From NCBI GenBank assembly GCA_963843575.1, contig CAWJKZ010000010.1, forward strand, positions 96,001 through 160,000: a DNA stretch of 64,000 nucleotides, read 5' to 3'. A program made the translations under genes and the position numbers. Positions 61,927-64,000 of the stretch are shown here, piece by piece. Each line of letters opens with the position of its first letter. Position 1 is the first letter of the stretch. Source of the stretch: an uncultured Acidobacteriota bacterium. Lineage in GTDB: Bacteria; Acidobacteriota; UBA6911. The notes under the pieces were generated by a model, which saw nothing but the letters and a program-made list of their open reading frames with translations, searched no databases and had not been told where the DNA came from.

Positions 61927-64000
61927 TCACTGGCTCGGAGGATCGGCGGAGGGCCCCGCTGCCCGTGCGTCTTCGGACGCCTCCTGCCAGACCTGCTTCA
62001 CGACGTCGGCGGGATGGGCGGAGTGCAGTTCCGCCTCCAGCCGGCGCAACGCCACCCTGACGACGTCGCGGTGGTGCAGTTTGTGACCGGGTCCCTTGTC
62101 CGCCAGTTCGAGCCAGAGCCGGTGCAGCAGCTCCATGTCCTCGGGCCACAACCTCGGCGGGTGAGGGCCGAGGTTGAAGAAGATCGGTTCGCCGGTGATT
62201 TCGTCCAGGATCTCCAGCGACAGCTGCGGCCGCCGTGCGGGCAGCTTCTCCCACGCGTCGCCGAATGCCTTGGCCTGCTCGGAAGGCGTCATCTTCGCCG
62301 AGAGCCCCATCACCACCTGCGTCGACTTGAGCCTTTGGGCGACGTCGACGATCGCCCGGTTGTAGTCTCGCCCCGGCACCACCAGCAGCTCGACGTGCTT
62401 CCCCGCTTTCTCCGCGAGCGAGACGACGTTGCTGAAGAGCTCGGCGATTTTGTGCGAGAAGATCTGGTCGACGTCGAGCTCGTACCCACCGCTGCCGTGC
62501 TGGCTGACCCTTTTCACGGTGAGGACCACCACGTCGATCTTGCGGGTGTCGATGCGGTCCAGGATGCGCTTCAGGTGCTGCAGCTGGTACGGATTGCGGA
62601 CCGGGACGAGCACGTTCCCGGGCCGGGCGGTGATCGACTCCTCGGAGAGCATCTCCTGGGTCACCAGCCGGAACTTTTCGAAGTCTACCCGCTGCCCGGC
62701 TATCTTTTTCTTGTTGTAGTACTCGCTCACCTGGAAGACGCCGAAGATGGCGACGGTGAAGCCTATGCCCCAGATCGTCGCCACCTTCTTGGTGAACAGG
62801 TTCACGATGGCGAGGGAGAAGAGGGAGAGCGTGATCAGGCTCAGGCCCAACGGGATCTCCCACTTGCCGATCCTGGGGTTGAGCGGCACACGCCACTCGC
62901 GCGGCCCGGGGAGCTTGTAGCGGAGCACCAGCACCGAGAGAGCCTTCATGGCGAAGCTCCAGACGACGCCGAAGGCATAGGCGTCGCCGAGCAGCTGCAG
63001 ATCGCCCCGCGTCAGGACTACCGTGAACACCTGCAGGAAGACCACCATCGTGATCAGCCGGTAGCTGCTGCCGTACTTGCGATGGGGCGTGCGGAACCAG
63101 TCGGGGAGCACGCCGTCCTCTGCCACCCGGTTCAGCACGCCGTTGGAACCGACGATGGCGGTGTTTACTGCGCCCGACAGGATGATCGTGCCGACGACCA
63201 CCACGAACGCGTGGAACAGGAGCCTCAGGGGGAGCGGACCCACGACGTTCATCGCAAGCCCGCCGATGATGTTGTTGATATAGATGTGCACGCGCTCCTG
63301 GTCGGGTATCAACATTACGGCGAAAAACGACACGAGGGCAGTGAACATCAGGCTGTAGACGGAGATCACGAGCCCGGCGCGTTTCAGGTTCTTGAGCTTC
63401 GGCGAGGCGATTTCGCGGTTCACCTGCGCCAGGCTCTCCTCGCCGCTCATCGCCAGCAGCGAGTGACCCAGCCCGACCAGGATCGCGATGAAGGTGATCT
63501 GCGGGGCGATCGTCCCCTTCAGCCAGCCCAGGGCGTCGTCGCTGAAATGAATCGTGGAAAGGGTAGGGAACGGCACGGGCGAGTAGCCGCGGCCAAAAAT
63601 GGTGATCAGGCACCACGTGATCAGCACCACGACCATCGCCGTCGTCAACTGCATGATGCGCAGGGCCTTGAGACTCGACTCGTGCATCCCGATGACGTTC
63701 TTGCGCCAGAAATAGAGCGTCACCCCCACGGTGAAGAGCGCAGCGAAATACGGGGGGTACACCTTGAACCCCGGCGAGTTCAGAAGGTCGGCCATCTCGT
63801 TGAGCAGCCCGGCGAGGTAGAGACCCGCGCTCACGCCGCTGATGGGGCCGGTCAGGACGTAATCGAACATGAGGGCTGAGACGGCGAATTTGGCGAGGTT
63901 CCCACCCAGAGCCTCGTGCACGACGCGGTAGACGCCCCCGCGCACGAACATGCTGCAACCTTCGATGTACACCGCCCGGACGGCGTTGGCGAACAGCATG
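61927..64000 (-). CDS. APC-family permease with cytoplasmic Usp-like C-terminal domain (5' end outside the window)
   Basis: GGVY, FDYVLT, SGEES and multiple TMs followed by a soluble alpha/beta domain. Confidence 0.85.
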   Translation of the reverse strand, partial: MLFANAVRAVYIEGCSMFVRGGVYRVVHEALGGNLAKFAVSALMFDYVLTGPISGVSAGLYLAGLLNEMADLLNSPGFKVYPPYFAALFTVGVTLYFWRKNVIGMHESSLKALRIMQLTTAMVVVLITWCLITIFGRGYSPVPFPTLSTIHFSDDALGWLKGTIAPQITFIAILVGLGHSLLAMSGEESLAQVNREIASPKLKNLKRAGLVISVYSLMFTALVSFFAVMLIPDQERVHIYINNIIGGLAMNVVGPLPLRLLFHAFVVVVGTIILSGAVNTAIVGSNGVLNRVAEDGVLPDWFRTPHRKYGSSYRLITMVVFLQVFTVVLTRGDLQLLGDAYAFGVVWSFAMKALSVLVLRYKLPGPREWRVPLNPRIGKWEIPLGLSLITLSLFSLAIVNLFTKKVATIWGIGFTVAIFGVFQVSEYYNKKKIAGQRVDFEKFRLVTQEMLSEESITARPGNVLVPVRNPYQLQHLKRILDRIDTRKIDVVVLTVKRVSQHGSGGYELDVDQIFSHKIAELFSNVVSLAEKAGKHVELLVVPGRDYNRAIVDVAQRLKSTQVVMGLSAKMTPSEQAKAFGDAWEKLPARRPQLSLEILDEITGEPIFFNLGPHPPRLWPEDMELLHRLWLELADKGPGHKLHHRDVVRVALRRLEAELHSAHPADVVKQVWQEASEDARAAGPSADPPSQ

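Overview
High-GC bacterial chromosomal segment, most likely Acidobacteriota (inferred from the gene repertoire, not proven). It is densely coding and mostly housekeeping. Contents in order: a partial Ser/Thr kinase, DUF1080, korAB, DsbA-like, aldehyde dehydrogenase, lon, metallophosphoesterase, an orphan efflux adaptor, an emfourin-TlpA-protealysin block, a glucuronokinase-like kinase plus GalU-like pair, YdcF, AmrA, pgsA, Usp, S2P-CBS, NDP-sugar synthase, uvrC, a large secreted propeller/repeat protein, a tonB-ileS-lspA-lolA-suhB-yqeY-NDT-tdk run, an OPT-PqqD/RRE-pepD operon, a heat-shock cluster (hsp20-hsp20-clpB-htpX-grpE), a sigma/anti-sigma pair, a lone nuoF, a TPR protein, HDAC-amrB, yebC-ruvC, pyrE-truA-uppS-cdsA-dxr-rseP, an RsbV/RsbW-like pair, GNAT, two small ORFs, gpmA and a partial APC permease. 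I found no rRNA, tRNA, CRISPR array, transposase or prophage. Best leads: (1) a stand-alone RRE/PqqD domain between an OPT peptide importer and a dipeptidase, with no RiPP genes; (2) a plant-type glucuronokinase coupled to a UDP-sugar pyrophosphorylase; (3) a ~220-nt G-U-rich hairpin between hsp20 and clpB; (4) a reversed, interrupted protealysin/emfourin locus; (5) an RSPP-ending membrane-anchored ORF upstream of an unannotated 38-aa membrane peptide. All family calls come from recognising motifs by eye; no searches were run.
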